Below the pieces are notes generated by a model, which saw nothing but the letters and a program-made list of their open reading frames with translations, was not told the origin of the DNA and did no database searches. Below, one piece after another: positions 1 to 8,684 of a stretch of DNA of 64,000 nt. Numbering within the stretch: position 1 is the stretch's first letter; each line of letters starts with the position of its first letter. Source of the DNA: Gammaproteobacteria bacterium. Lineage in GTDB: Bacteria; Pseudomonadota; Gammaproteobacteria; Poriferisulfidales; Poriferisulfidaceae. The stretch is from assembly GCA_026713705.1 (NCBI GenBank), contig JAPONY010000051.1, forward strand, positions 64,015 through 128,014, in the 5' to 3' direction. The position numbers were made by a program, and so were the translations under genes.

Positions 1-5
1 GGGCC

Positions 6-1373
6 ATGCCGGTCATCGGGCTGAAGGACATGCTCTTGTCGAAAACATTCCGCGCGAGAGACCTCCCGAAATTCTTTGCCGAGCAGGCCCAGAAGCATGG
101 GCCGGTTTTTGAATTCAGGGCGGGCGGGCGAAACATGGTCATCCTCGCCAGCGCGGAACTCAACCATTGGTTCAGCCAAAAAGGCCGACTCCACGTCCGT
201 TCGCAGGACTTTATCGCGGAATTCCAGCATACGTGGGGGACCGGGCGATCCATCGCCAGCATGGACGGCGCCGACCACTTCCGCATGCGCAAAATGGTGC
301 GGGCGGGCAATTCCCGCGCCGTGGTCGAGGATCGGTTGGATGAACTGCTGGCCATGGCCAGGGGACACTTCGACTGGTGGGGAATCGGAAACACCGTGCG
401 CACCGAGATGGCATGCCAGCGGATGATCGGCGAACAGGTTTCCAATCTCAGCGTGAGCGTTGCGCCTGCCGACATCCTCGACGATCTCCTCAAATACGAA
501 TACCGAGCGCTTCTCGTTACGGTGGTCAAGATCCTGCCCCGCTTCATGCTGCACACACCCGCAATGAAACGGGCGCTCGGGCGTGTCCTGGAGCTTTATG
601 CCCAGATCCATGCCTCACACACTCCGGCCCAACGTGCAGGCAAACGCCGGGACCTGGTCGACGACCTGATGGACCTGCACTACTCCGACCCGCAATTCCT
701 GCCGGAGACCGACCTGGGCTTCGCGTTCATCGCGCCGATCATCGCGGGACATTATCTCGGAAGCGAAATGTCCTTCTCCATCTATGAGATGCTCATGAAC
801 CCTGACGTGCGGGAGCGGATTGTCGCCGAGGCGGACACGCTCTTTGCCAATGGGGACCCGACCGGCGAGGACGTTGACGTGTCGGCGTTCGACGTGACGC
901 ACCGATTCATCATGGAAACGCTGCGACTGCACCCCGTCATCCCCATGCACTTGCGGACCGTCATGAACGGTTTCGAGGTCGAAGGCTACAAGGTCCCGCC
1001 CAACTCCACGCTCATGGTCGCGTTTACCGCCTCTCATTTCGATGAGAGATTCTTCAAATATCCCCTGAAATTCGATATCGACCGCTTCGCGCCACCCCGA
1101 AGCGAACACAAGCAATATCCGGGCGCTTACGTGCCCTTCGGCATCGGGACGCACACCTGCGGGGGCGCACGCTGGAGCGAGCTGCACTTAGCCATGAACC
1201 TGATGCTGATGGCTCATCACCTTGAACTGGAAATGGCTCCGAAGAACTACAAGCTCGGAATCAACCCGATACCCAAGATGAGCCCCGACAAGAAATTCGG
1301 GTTTCGGGTCGTGCGGCACCGATATCCTTTCGAAGCCATCAAAACCGCGTACCACGGTAGAAAACTGAACTGA
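6..1373 (+). CDS. cytochrome P450 monooxygenase
   Basis: 455-aa ORF. Heme-thiolate loop FGIGTHTCGG (FxxGxxxCxG) and ExxR motif (ETLR). The ATG is 5 nt from the window edge, so the N-terminus could extend upstream. Confidence 0.85.
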   Translation: MPVIGLKDMLLSKTFRARDLPKFFAEQAQKHGPVFEFRAGGRNMVILASAELNHWFSQKGRLHVRSQDFIAEFQHTWGTGRSIASMDGADHFRMRKMVRAGNSRAVVEDRLDELLAMARGHFDWWGIGNTVRTEMACQRMIGEQVSNLSVSVAPADILDDLLKYEYRALLVTVVKILPRFMLHTPAMKRALGRVLELYAQIHASHTPAQRAGKRRDLVDDLMDLHYSDPQFLPETDLGFAFIAPIIAGHYLGSEMSFSIYEMLMNPDVRERIVAEADTLFANGDPTGEDVDVSAFDVTHRFIMETLRLHPVIPMHLRTVMNGFEVEGYKVPPNSTLMVAFTASHFDERFFKYPLKFDIDRFAPPRSEHKQYPGAYVPFGIGTHTCGGARWSELHLAMNLMLMAHHLELEMAPKNYKLGINPIPKMSPDKKFGFRVVRHRYPFEAIKTAYHGRKLN

Positions 1374-1392
1374 AAGCTCGCTGAGAAACTGA

Positions 1393-1412
1393 GGGCCTGC
1401 CGAAGCAGGCCC
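1393..1412. terminator. bidirectional stem-loop between convergent P450 and TonB-receptor genes
   Basis: GGGCCTGC-CGAA-GCAGGCCC perfect 8-bp stem in the 45-bp convergent intergenic gap. Confidence 0.45.
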
Positions 1413-1418
1413 GTTCAG

Positions 1419-4400
1419 TCAAAAGAGGAAGCTCCCAACCAGGCTCCAGGTGCGCGGTTCGCCCAGCGAGCACCGCTGTGCGCCCCGACCGGTCGTTGTG
1501 TCCGCCAGCCCCAGTGAACCGACCAGCGGCTGGGAGTATTTGGTCTGGCAGTACTCCTCGTCGAAGATGTTCTTGACGAACACCGACACTTGCCAATCGC
1601 CCGTCTGGCTCCGCACGCCCGCTCCTCCGTTGAAGAGGTTGTAGCTGCTCTGCATGGTATCCGGATTCTGGTTGGTGTCCGCACCGACATTCTGGTCATC
1701 CATGTACTGGCATTCCCCTCGAACAAACCAGTCCGCCGCAATGTCCGGCAATGCATCGCTCCATTCAGTGGACAGGGCCACCTGCCACTTCGGAGAGAAA
1801 TGATTGCGTTCCCCCTTCATATCGCGGGTCGGGTTTGCCCTGATCGCTTCGGGGAACAGAGCATCACATTCGGCCTGCAACTTCAAGCCGCCTGCGACTT
1901 GATTACTGCATACCGCATAAGCATCACGCGCCATCGAAGCCGCAGCGACATGACCTGGAAGCCCGGTGGCATCGGGGAATGTGTCGAACTCCGAATCCAG
2001 ATAACTCACGCCCAGCGTGGCAAAAAACTCCTCCCGCGGCTGGAACAGCATGTCCAATTCGACTCCTTGCTGCGTGAGATCACCGGAGTTGTGCACGATG
2101 AGGTTCAGGCCATCGAACTGGCGCTCCTGAAAATCGCTGATCTTGGTGCGGTACAGCGTCGCATTGGCGACGAGCCGCCCTTCCATCATGGTGCGCTTCA
2201 TACCCAATTCATAGTTCTTGGTCGTTTCGGTGTCGAATTTACGGGTTCTTCCAGCCAACTCGACCTTGCTGTTGAAGCCTTCAGGGTTGAAGCCGCCCGA
2301 CTTGAAGCCGGTGGAAAAGTTGGCAAACAGCATGGTGTCATTGTCGAGGAAGTAGCTGAGATTGGTCATCCAGGTCATCTTGTCTTCGTCATGCTCCAGA
2401 TCTGGATGACTTTCCGCCTGACGCAGGTCCAGACCGAACGGATTTGTCGGCGAACTGGCGGCAGCCAGCGGATTATGAACGACGCTGACGAAACTGCCCT
2501 CCTTTTCGCTTCGGGTAAAGCGGGCCCCTGCCGCAAGACGCCACTGCGGGCTCAGCTGGTAGGTCGCATGCGCGTAGGCGGCGTAATTCTTGACATCCTG
2601 CTTGAAATCCGTCACCGCCATGTCCGTCCCACCAACCACACAAGTGTTCTGTGCTGCAGCGGCCGTCCCGGCAGCAGCCCCTTGCACTGCCTGCGCAACA
2701 GGAACCGGCTGCTGTATGTAATCTCCGGGTTCCGGGGTTTGCGGGTTCTCCACCAATAAATTTGCTTGTGTGTCCAATGCTTGCTGAGATGCAGCCAAGG
2801 CCGTGAGGCGGAGAGTCGTGACACCGTAATCCGGCATGGCCGGGTCGGCAAGATCAGCAACCAAGGGGTCAAGCGTTTGATAAATCGCTCCCTGCAGCGC
2901 GGGGTTGGGGATCAGTTGACCCAGCCGAACGTTCAAGTCCGTCTTGGCCTTCGTAATCGCACCTTGCAAACGCGTCTGGTTGGCGGGGTCGGCCAATGAC
3001 GCGGGGTCCCTCAACAGCGGGCCCAGTACCGGACTGATTTCAGTTCCTGCTTTCATCAGAAGATTGACCAAACCAGGCGTTAATGCCTGAATTTGTGCCG
3101 TCACCTGAGGTGCGGCTTGAGGATTCGCCTGAGACAGGGCTTGAATCAAACCGGGAATCGCCTCTCCGACTTTTTGTCCGACACGCCTTCCGTACTCCAG
3201 CCCAAAAACAGTGTCCCGAGCGCCTGCATGCTTGATCTCGACAAAGCCCCCGGGTGCCAGCGGATTTGCTATCTGGACATCTTGGAGAAGCAGTCCGCGG
3301 TACAGATTCCCCACCGCCCCGCAAAAATCCTGCCCAAGGCGGAAATTACTGTCCAAGGTGTATTCCTCGTCGTAGTAGTAAAGGCCCAGCACGTACCCGA
3401 AATCCTCGCCCTCAGGAGACGTGATCTGCAGTTCCTGGGAGAAAGTTTCCGCATCATAGAGTTGATCGGTCGGAACCAAGTCTGCCGGCAGACGGATGAC
3501 CGACTGGTCCAGGCTGTCGTTTTTCCAATCCCGGTAGGCCGTTACCGAACGGATCGCATGGCCGCCAGCCGTCCAGGTGACGTCGCCGCTCAGGCCCCAC
3601 TGTTCATCGTCGGCATCATCACGATGCATTTGGTGGAGTTTGTGGTCATAAACATCCCCAGCCTCCGGCAACTCGCCGGTAGGCAAAATGCGGGCCAGTC
3701 CATGCAGGCTTTGACCCGGCACCGTGTCACCAATGAATTCAGTGACCGCGCCCTCGTTTCTCAACCGGGAGTAATCTGCCGTCAACAGGACGTCGGTCGT
3801 GGTACTCGGGGCCAAGAGCAACTTGCCGCGCACGGTCATGTCCCCCCAGTCTCCAACCGTGCTTCGGCTGCCATTCTCGGTGTATGTATTCTCGCCATAA
3901 CCGTCACGTTTCGATACCTGAAACGAGAGGCGAGCAGCGGCCTTCTCGGAGATGGCGCTGTTGATGTAGCCGGAGATACGTTTTTCGTCATAGTCACCGT
4001 AACCCACGGAAATCCGTCCCTCGTGCTCATTCGTCGGATTCTTGGTGACGATATTCAGCGCACCCATCGAGGCATTGCGCCCGAACAGGGTTCCCTGCGG
4101 ACCCCGCAGCACTTCCGCGCGTTCCAGATCGGTCATGCTGCCGACGATCGAGGATGGCCTCGGATAATAGACCCCGTCAATGAACACCGCCACGGTCGGC
4201 TCGATGGCGCTGTTGCCGACCGAACCCACGCCACGCATGATGATGCGCTGGTTGGCAACCGTACTGGACTGGGGCAGGGTCAGGTTGGGCGCATAGCGCG
4301 CCATATCCCGGAGGGTGTTGACGTTCGATCTCGTGAAGAAGTCGTCGGAAAAAGTCGAGACGGAAATCGGCACGTCCTGCACGTTTTCCTCGCGTTTTTG

Positions 4401-4502
4401 CGCCGTCACCGTGATTTCCTCGATTTCCGCCACCGCCGTGCCACATAGGGCCATGGCGATAAACAGCGAAATTCCTGCGTTGAATTTTTTGATTGGTCTC
4501 AT
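1419..4502 (-). CDS. TonB-dependent outer-membrane receptor, unusually large (1027 aa)
   Basis: Signal peptide MRPIKKFNAGISLFIAMALCGTAVA, N-terminal plug region, and C-terminal barrel ending in aromatic F (..SLVGSFLF). Start moved to the ATG at 4502; the ORF track's 4625 start adds 41 non-signal residues. A ~200-aa A/Q/L/P-rich low-complexity insert lies mid-protein. Confidence 0.8.
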   Translation of the reverse strand: MRPIKKFNAGISLFIAMALCGTAVAEIEEITVTAQKREENVQDVPISVSTFSDDFFTRSNVNTLRDMARYAPNLTLPQSSTVANQRIIMRGVGSVGNSAIEPTVAVFIDGVYYPRPSSIVGSMTDLERAEVLRGPQGTLFGRNASMGALNIVTKNPTNEHEGRISVGYGDYDEKRISGYINSAISEKAAARLSFQVSKRDGYGENTYTENGSRSTVGDWGDMTVRGKLLLAPSTTTDVLLTADYSRLRNEGAVTEFIGDTVPGQSLHGLARILPTGELPEAGDVYDHKLHQMHRDDADDEQWGLSGDVTWTAGGHAIRSVTAYRDWKNDSLDQSVIRLPADLVPTDQLYDAETFSQELQITSPEGEDFGYVLGLYYYDEEYTLDSNFRLGQDFCGAVGNLYRGLLLQDVQIANPLAPGGFVEIKHAGARDTVFGLEYGRRVGQKVGEAIPGLIQALSQANPQAAPQVTAQIQALTPGLVNLLMKAGTEISPVLGPLLRDPASLADPANQTRLQGAITKAKTDLNVRLGQLIPNPALQGAIYQTLDPLVADLADPAMPDYGVTTLRLTALAASQQALDTQANLLVENPQTPEPGDYIQQPVPVAQAVQGAAAGTAAAAQNTCVVGGTDMAVTDFKQDVKNYAAYAHATYQLSPQWRLAAGARFTRSEKEGSFVSVVHNPLAAASSPTNPFGLDLRQAESHPDLEHDEDKMTWMTNLSYFLDNDTMLFANFSTGFKSGGFNPEGFNSKVELAGRTRKFDTETTKNYELGMKRTMMEGRLVANATLYRTKISDFQERQFDGLNLIVHNSGDLTQQGVELDMLFQPREEFFATLGVSYLDSEFDTFPDATGLPGHVAAASMARDAYAVCSNQVAGGLKLQAECDALFPEAIRANPTRDMKGERNHFSPKWQVALSTEWSDALPDIAADWFVRGECQYMDDQNVGADTNQNPDTMQSSYNLFNGGAGVRSQTGDWQVSVFVKNIFDEEYCQTKYSQPLVGSLGLADTTTGRGAQRCSLGEPRTWSLVGSFLF

Positions 4503-4793
4503 GATTCCTGCCCTCGCTCCTGAGATACAATACAAAAAAAGCCGGTCACCAAAGGCGCCGACTCGTTCGCAACAGGCCGAATTGTTGTTGACAGCCAACA
4601 CTTTGGATGCCCGGCATTCGCGCACATGACCTCTTCTGCCAAGCGTTGCGGGAATGCCGCATAAACCAATGTTCTTCCTGCATAATCAGTACGTTAAGAC
4701 GTCAAACCAGGCTGTAGCGTATAGGGGGCATTATAGCACCCGAAATCCGAATTTCCGTCCGATTGTTGCAGAGATGTGAACGCCATAAAAGAA

Positions 4794-4816
4794 CCGGGCG
4801 ACGCGTTGTCGCCCGG
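4794..4816 (-). terminator. rho-independent terminator downstream of tusA-like gene
   Basis: CCGGGCGAC-GCGTT-GTCGCCCGG 9-bp stem, followed on the minus strand by a U-rich tract (TTCTTTTAT). It lies ~50 nt after the tusA stop. Confidence 0.55.
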
Positions 4817-4866
4817 GTATTCCGGCAAGCGGGGCCGGCGCAGGGGGAAATACTGCCGGCAAGGGG

Positions 4867-5103
4867 TCAGGCTTTCTGCAGCCGAAAATAAAACTTCCCG
4901 CCCTCTTCGGCAGATTCCAGCAACGGGTTCCCGGTCTGTTTCGAGAATGCCTCGAAATCCTTGACCGCGCCGGGGTCGGTCGCGACCACGCGCAAGACTT
5001 GCCCGCTGTCCATAGAGGCCAGAGATTTTTTCGCGCGCAGAATGGGAAGAGGACAATTCAGCCCGGAAGCATCCAGTTCTTGGTCAAAATCTGCCATGTG
5101 CAT
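4867..5103 (-). CDS. tusA: TusA-family sulfur-carrier protein
   Basis: 78-aa product MHMADFDQELDASGLNCPLPILRAKKSL.. with the CPxP active-site motif. The 99-aa ORF was trimmed to an internal ATG (5103, or 5097). Confidence 0.8.
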   Translation of the reverse strand: MHMADFDQELDASGLNCPLPILRAKKSLASMDSGQVLRVVATDPGAVKDFEAFSKQTGNPLLESAEEGGKFYFRLQKA

Positions 5104-5135
5104 GAACTCCTGTTGGTAATGGCAACGTTCTATTA

Positions 5136-5448
5136 GGGACTTATAGCGATTAGTTGACACGCGCAACGTTCCACCATACTTTCCGTCCTGCCCTGCAAGG
5201 CACTTTGGAGTTTAACATAAAAAGGGCAGGCCCAAAGTCCTGCCCCGATACCCTCGAAATCGCGTGTGAGGGTTTCATGGATCATCAATCCGCCTTGCAG
5301 AACAGGACGATTTGTTGACACTTCACAGACCAACTAGCGTTGCAATCTCCATGTCCAGACGCCTCAATCCCGGAGGCCCGGCCCGTAGGCCGTCGGTTGT
5401 TACGCCGATATTGAAATCTTACCATGTCAACTAATCGCTATAAGTCCT
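5136..5448. mobile_element. MITE-like non-autonomous element with 22-bp perfect TIRs and 8-bp flanking direct repeats
   Basis: IR-L 5137-5158 GGACTTATAGCGATTAGTTGAC; IR-R 5426-5447 is its exact reverse complement. TTCTATTA lies at 5128-5135 and again at 5449-5456. An internal second inverted repeat lies at 5184-5201 / 5292-5309. No ORF with transposase features is present. Confidence 0.5.
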
Positions 5449-5539
5449 TTCTATTATATGCTTGAGTACAATGACCTGATGTTCCTGAGAGGCATACACC
5501 TTGGCTTCCCCCCTCTTCCATTCTGCATCTTTCCAACAC

Positions 5540-7018
5540 ATGATTAAGACAGCCGTCGCCTGCATTTCCAGCTGTTGCACCATACGGGCAGGACTCCTGG
5601 GGTTACTGCTGGCTTCTCTCATTGCCGGCACCGTTCACGCCTACACCGACATCATCGACGATTCCGACCTGCCCAGTGTCGGAGAACCGGCCGACCGCGT
5701 CATGACCCAGGCCGAGGAAGCCCGGATCAAGCGTTTCCTGAAAGCTCAGCTGTATGGCCACCTGCCGATCAGCGAGGATCCAGAGTCCAATGCCTACATC
5801 CGGGCTTTGGCGAACCACATCCTCAGCCGCACCGGGATTACACAGGAATTCGACCTGCTGATCGTGCGCAACCGGCAGGTCAACGCTTTCGCCATGCCCG
5901 GGGGATTGCTGGCCTTCTACACCGGCCTGATCACGAAGGCACGGAACGAGAGTGAACTGGCCGGCGTAATTGCACATGAAATGGCGCACGTCACGCAGCG
6001 CCACCTGGCCCGGATGCAGGACCACATGACCAACTCGAATCTCAGCCTTCTCACCATGGCGGGGGTAATTCTGGCCGGGATCACCCAAACCTCCGCGTTG
6101 CTGCCCGCCGCGGTGTTGGGCCAAGCCGTGGAAACGCAGCGCTTCCTCAATTATTCCCGCTCCAATGAGCAGGAGGCGGATCGGTTTGCGAGCCAGTTCC
6201 TGGCGAAGTCCGGCATCGACCCGCATGGGGTTGCCAACTTTTTCGAGGTCTTGCTCAAGCACTCCGGCCATCGTTACGGAAAGGATTTCGAGTACCTAAG
6301 CACCCATCCGACCACTCCTTCCCGGATCGTGGAAGGCCGGGACCGAGCGCGGCAATACCAAGGCACCTATCTCCAGGACCGGGAGGAGTTCCGTTTTATC
6401 CGCCAGCGGCTGATCTCCCTGCAAACTCCCACGCATGAAAGGCTGGATCTGTTCCAGAAGCAGCTAGACGCGGGCGACCAACCGGGCGCCGCGGAACAGT
6501 ATGGCATTGCGGTGGCCTGGCAGAAACACGGCGATCACGCAAAAGCCCTGGAGATCTTGCACGGCATCCAGGCCGACGCGCCGGAACTGCGCCTGCTCCT
6601 GAACCTGGCAATCGCCGAATCGCATAAGCACCTGGGGCGCTTGGATCAAGCCATCGGGATCCTGGAACTCCTTTACCAGGAAAACCCCGCCCATGCCGCC
6701 CCGGAGTTCTACCTGGCGCAGGCGTACCTTGCGGCCAAACAACCCGAGCAGGCGCTGAAACTGATCCGCAAAAGGATTCGTCGCGGCATCGAGAACCCTC
6801 AGACCTACCGGCTGCTTGCCGAAGCTGCCAACGCGACCGGCCAGCCGGTCATATCGCATATCGCACTGGCGGACCACTACCTCAGCAAGGGCCAGCTCCG
6901 GCAGGCTGCCCTCCAATTGGAAATCGCGGAAAAACACACTAAAGCCGACTCGGCGAACCAGGCCAGAATCGATCATCGCCGCGCTGAAATCCTGATTATG
7001 GCCCGAGAACTCTACTGA
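5540..7018 (+). CDS. bepA: M48-family zinc metalloprotease with C-terminal TPR repeats (BepA/YfgC-like periplasmic protease-chaperone)
   Basis: HEMAHVTQRH (HExxH) zinc motif with a downstream E, a long signal peptide, and a TPR-rich C-terminal half. The track's ORF begins with TTG at 5501; ATG 5540 (MIKTAV..) is preferred as the start. Confidence 0.8.
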   Translation: MIKTAVACISSCCTIRAGLLGLLLASLIAGTVHAYTDIIDDSDLPSVGEPADRVMTQAEEARIKRFLKAQLYGHLPISEDPESNAYIRALANHILSRTGITQEFDLLIVRNRQVNAFAMPGGLLAFYTGLITKARNESELAGVIAHEMAHVTQRHLARMQDHMTNSNLSLLTMAGVILAGITQTSALLPAAVLGQAVETQRFLNYSRSNEQEADRFASQFLAKSGIDPHGVANFFEVLLKHSGHRYGKDFEYLSTHPTTPSRIVEGRDRARQYQGTYLQDREEFRFIRQRLISLQTPTHERLDLFQKQLDAGDQPGAAEQYGIAVAWQKHGDHAKALEILHGIQADAPELRLLLNLAIAESHKHLGRLDQAIGILELLYQENPAHAAPEFYLAQAYLAAKQPEQALKLIRKRIRRGIENPQTYRLLAEAANATGQPVISHIALADHYLSKGQLRQAALQLEIAEKHTKADSANQARIDHRRAEILIMARELY

Positions 7019-7038
7019 CTCTGCTTTACAATGGGCTT

Positions 7039-7497
7039 ATGAAACACTTGACCCGACCTCAACGATCGCGCCGCCTGCTGCTGCAGGCCGTCGCCGCCCT
7101 GCCGATGCTGGCTCTCGCCCGTCCGGCCCTCTCCAGCTTGCCGAAATCCTTTTCGGCGGAAACCCTGGACGACGCGCTGGCCGAACTCACCGGCGGGCAA
7201 AGCATCCAGGAGCATCCAGACATCGAGTTGGAAGTGCCGGACATCGCCGAAGACAGCGGCAAGGTGCCGATTCAGGTGTACGCCCCTCTTCCCGGCGCCG
7301 AGAAGATCAGCATCCTGATCGAAGCCAACCCGGTTCCGCTGATTTCGGTCACCCACATCCAAGGGCAGACCGAGCCCTACGTCTCGCTGCGCGTCAAGAT
7401 GCGCGAGACCTCGCGCGTCATCGCGCTGGTGCATACGCCCGACGGCGTTTTCCAGGCTGCGCGGGAAGTCGAGGTCACCGCCGGCGGGTGCGCATAA
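7039..7497 (+). CDS. soxY: SoxY-family thiosulfate/sulfur carrier protein (Tat-secreted), stand-alone
   Basis: Twin-arginine signal (RSRRLLLQ) and a SoxY-core match (IELEVPDIAEDSGKVPIQV...EANPVPLISV...VKMRETSRVIALV). The C-terminal swinging arm ends ..VTAGGCA instead of the canonical GGCGG. No soxZ is adjacent. Confidence 0.7.
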   Translation: MKHLTRPQRSRRLLLQAVAALPMLALARPALSSLPKSFSAETLDDALAELTGGQSIQEHPDIELEVPDIAEDSGKVPIQVYAPLPGAEKISILIEANPVPLISVTHIQGQTEPYVSLRVKMRETSRVIALVHTPDGVFQAAREVEVTAGGCA

Positions 7498-7535
7498 GCG
7501 CACCATCCCGCAATCTCAATTAGGTTTATGTCGTG

Positions 7536-7557
7536 AGGCCGGGCGGATGCCCGGCCT
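7536..7557. terminator. bidirectional terminator hairpin between convergent soxY and Mo-enzyme operon
   Basis: AGGCCGGGC-GGAT-GCCCGGCCT perfect 9-bp GC stem in the 68-bp convergent gap. Confidence 0.55.
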
Positions 7558-7565
7558 GACTCGAA

Positions 7566-8684
7566 TCAGTCGACAATATCTGCCAGCGTCTTTGGCGTCG
7601 GCGTGTAATCCGGCGAAATCGCTTTGGCCGGGCAGATCTCCACGCAGGCATAGCAACGGATGCACTCTTTCTCGTTGATGTAGAGCGTGTTGTAGTACAA
7701 CCCGGCAGTCGCGGCCGGCTCGACCTCTTCGTACTCCATGGTCCCCGGCGCTCCGCCATCCCCGCGGCGCAGGCTTGAAACCTCCACGATGCAGTGCTCT
7801 ACCGGCTTGACCATCAGGCACTCGTCGCACAACACGCACATGGAGTTGTCGATTACCGGCACCGGCGAGCGGGCATCCTCGAACTTGTCGTAGAAGATGT
7901 TGCGGTCCGCCAGGCCGGCTTTCTGCAACACCGAGATGCCAGCGTCGATCATCGGCGGCGGGCCGCAGAAATAGGCCTTCATCCGGTCGACGCTCACTTG
8001 GCCGGTTGCCAAGTAGTGCTGCTTGAAATAGTCCGTCACGAGTCCGCGCCCACCGGTCCAGTCGGAGTCTTCCGGCTCCTCGTTGAGCACCTGGTGGAAC
8101 TTCAGCACGTAGTCCGGATGCCAGCGCTTCTGCAACGCCTCGATCTCTTCATTCAGATACAGGTCCTTCTGCGTGCGGGCCCCGTAGAAGAAGTAGCAGT
8201 TCCGGGCGACCTTCAGGTTCGCGGCATGTTCGATGATGGCGTGAACCGCGCTCATGCCGGAACCACCCGCGATGCAGACCATGTCCTCGTCGGAGGAATC
8301 CAGCTTGAACTTGCCGAGCGGACCGGACAGGGTCACTTCTTCCCCAACGCAATCTCCTTTCGCCAGCCAAGCGGACAGTTCGCCCCCGGGTACCAGGCGG
8401 ATGTAGAACGTATGCTCCCCCGGATTCTCCGACTCCGGCGCGCGGGCGAAGGAATACGGGCGCGGCTTGTGGAGGCCCGGGATGCGGATGGTCCAGAACT
8501 GGCCCGCCTCCCCGAGTTGTCTTTCGTCCTCGCACTCCACCACGAGTTCGTAGGTGTCGTGCGTCAGGTTCCGCATGCTCTTGACCCGTCCCCCCCGGAA
8601 GCCGACGCGCAGGGTCTGGATTGCGCGATCGGGCTGCGGCAGGGCCAACGGGTCCCGACAGCTTTCAAACATTTCCTGTGGCAT
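7566..8684 (-). CDS. electron-transfer subunit: FNR-like FAD/NAD(P)-binding reductase fused to a C-terminal 2x[4Fe-4S] ferredoxin domain
   Basis: RPYS FAD motif, GGSGMSAV NAD(P) motif, CGPPPM. The C-terminus carries CVLCDEC..HC and CIRCYACVEICP cysteine clusters. The start/stop overlaps the Mo-enzyme gene (ATGA at 8684). Confidence 0.75.
   Translation of the reverse strand: MPQEMFESCRDPLALPQPDRAIQTLRVGFRGGRVKSMRNLTHDTYELVVECEDERQLGEAGQFWTIRIPGLHKPRPYSFARAPESENPGEHTFYIRLVPGGELSAWLAKGDCVGEEVTLSGPLGKFKLDSSDEDMVCIAGGSGMSAVHAIIEHAANLKVARNCYFFYGARTQKDLYLNEEIEALQKRWHPDYVLKFHQVLNEEPEDSDWTGGRGLVTDYFKQHYLATGQVSVDRMKAYFCGPPPMIDAGISVLQKAGLADRNIFYDKFEDARSPVPVIDNSMCVLCDECLMVKPVEHCIVEVSSLRRGDGGAPGTMEYEEVEPAATAGLYYNTLYINEKECIRCYACVEICPAKAISPDYTPTPKTLADIVD

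Noticed and set aside
5133-5333. 66-aa minus-strand ORF inside the MITE-like element (and 5431-5631 on the minus strand)
   Set aside because: No motifs. It lies within a repeat- and hairpin-rich noncoding unit, so it is more likely spurious.
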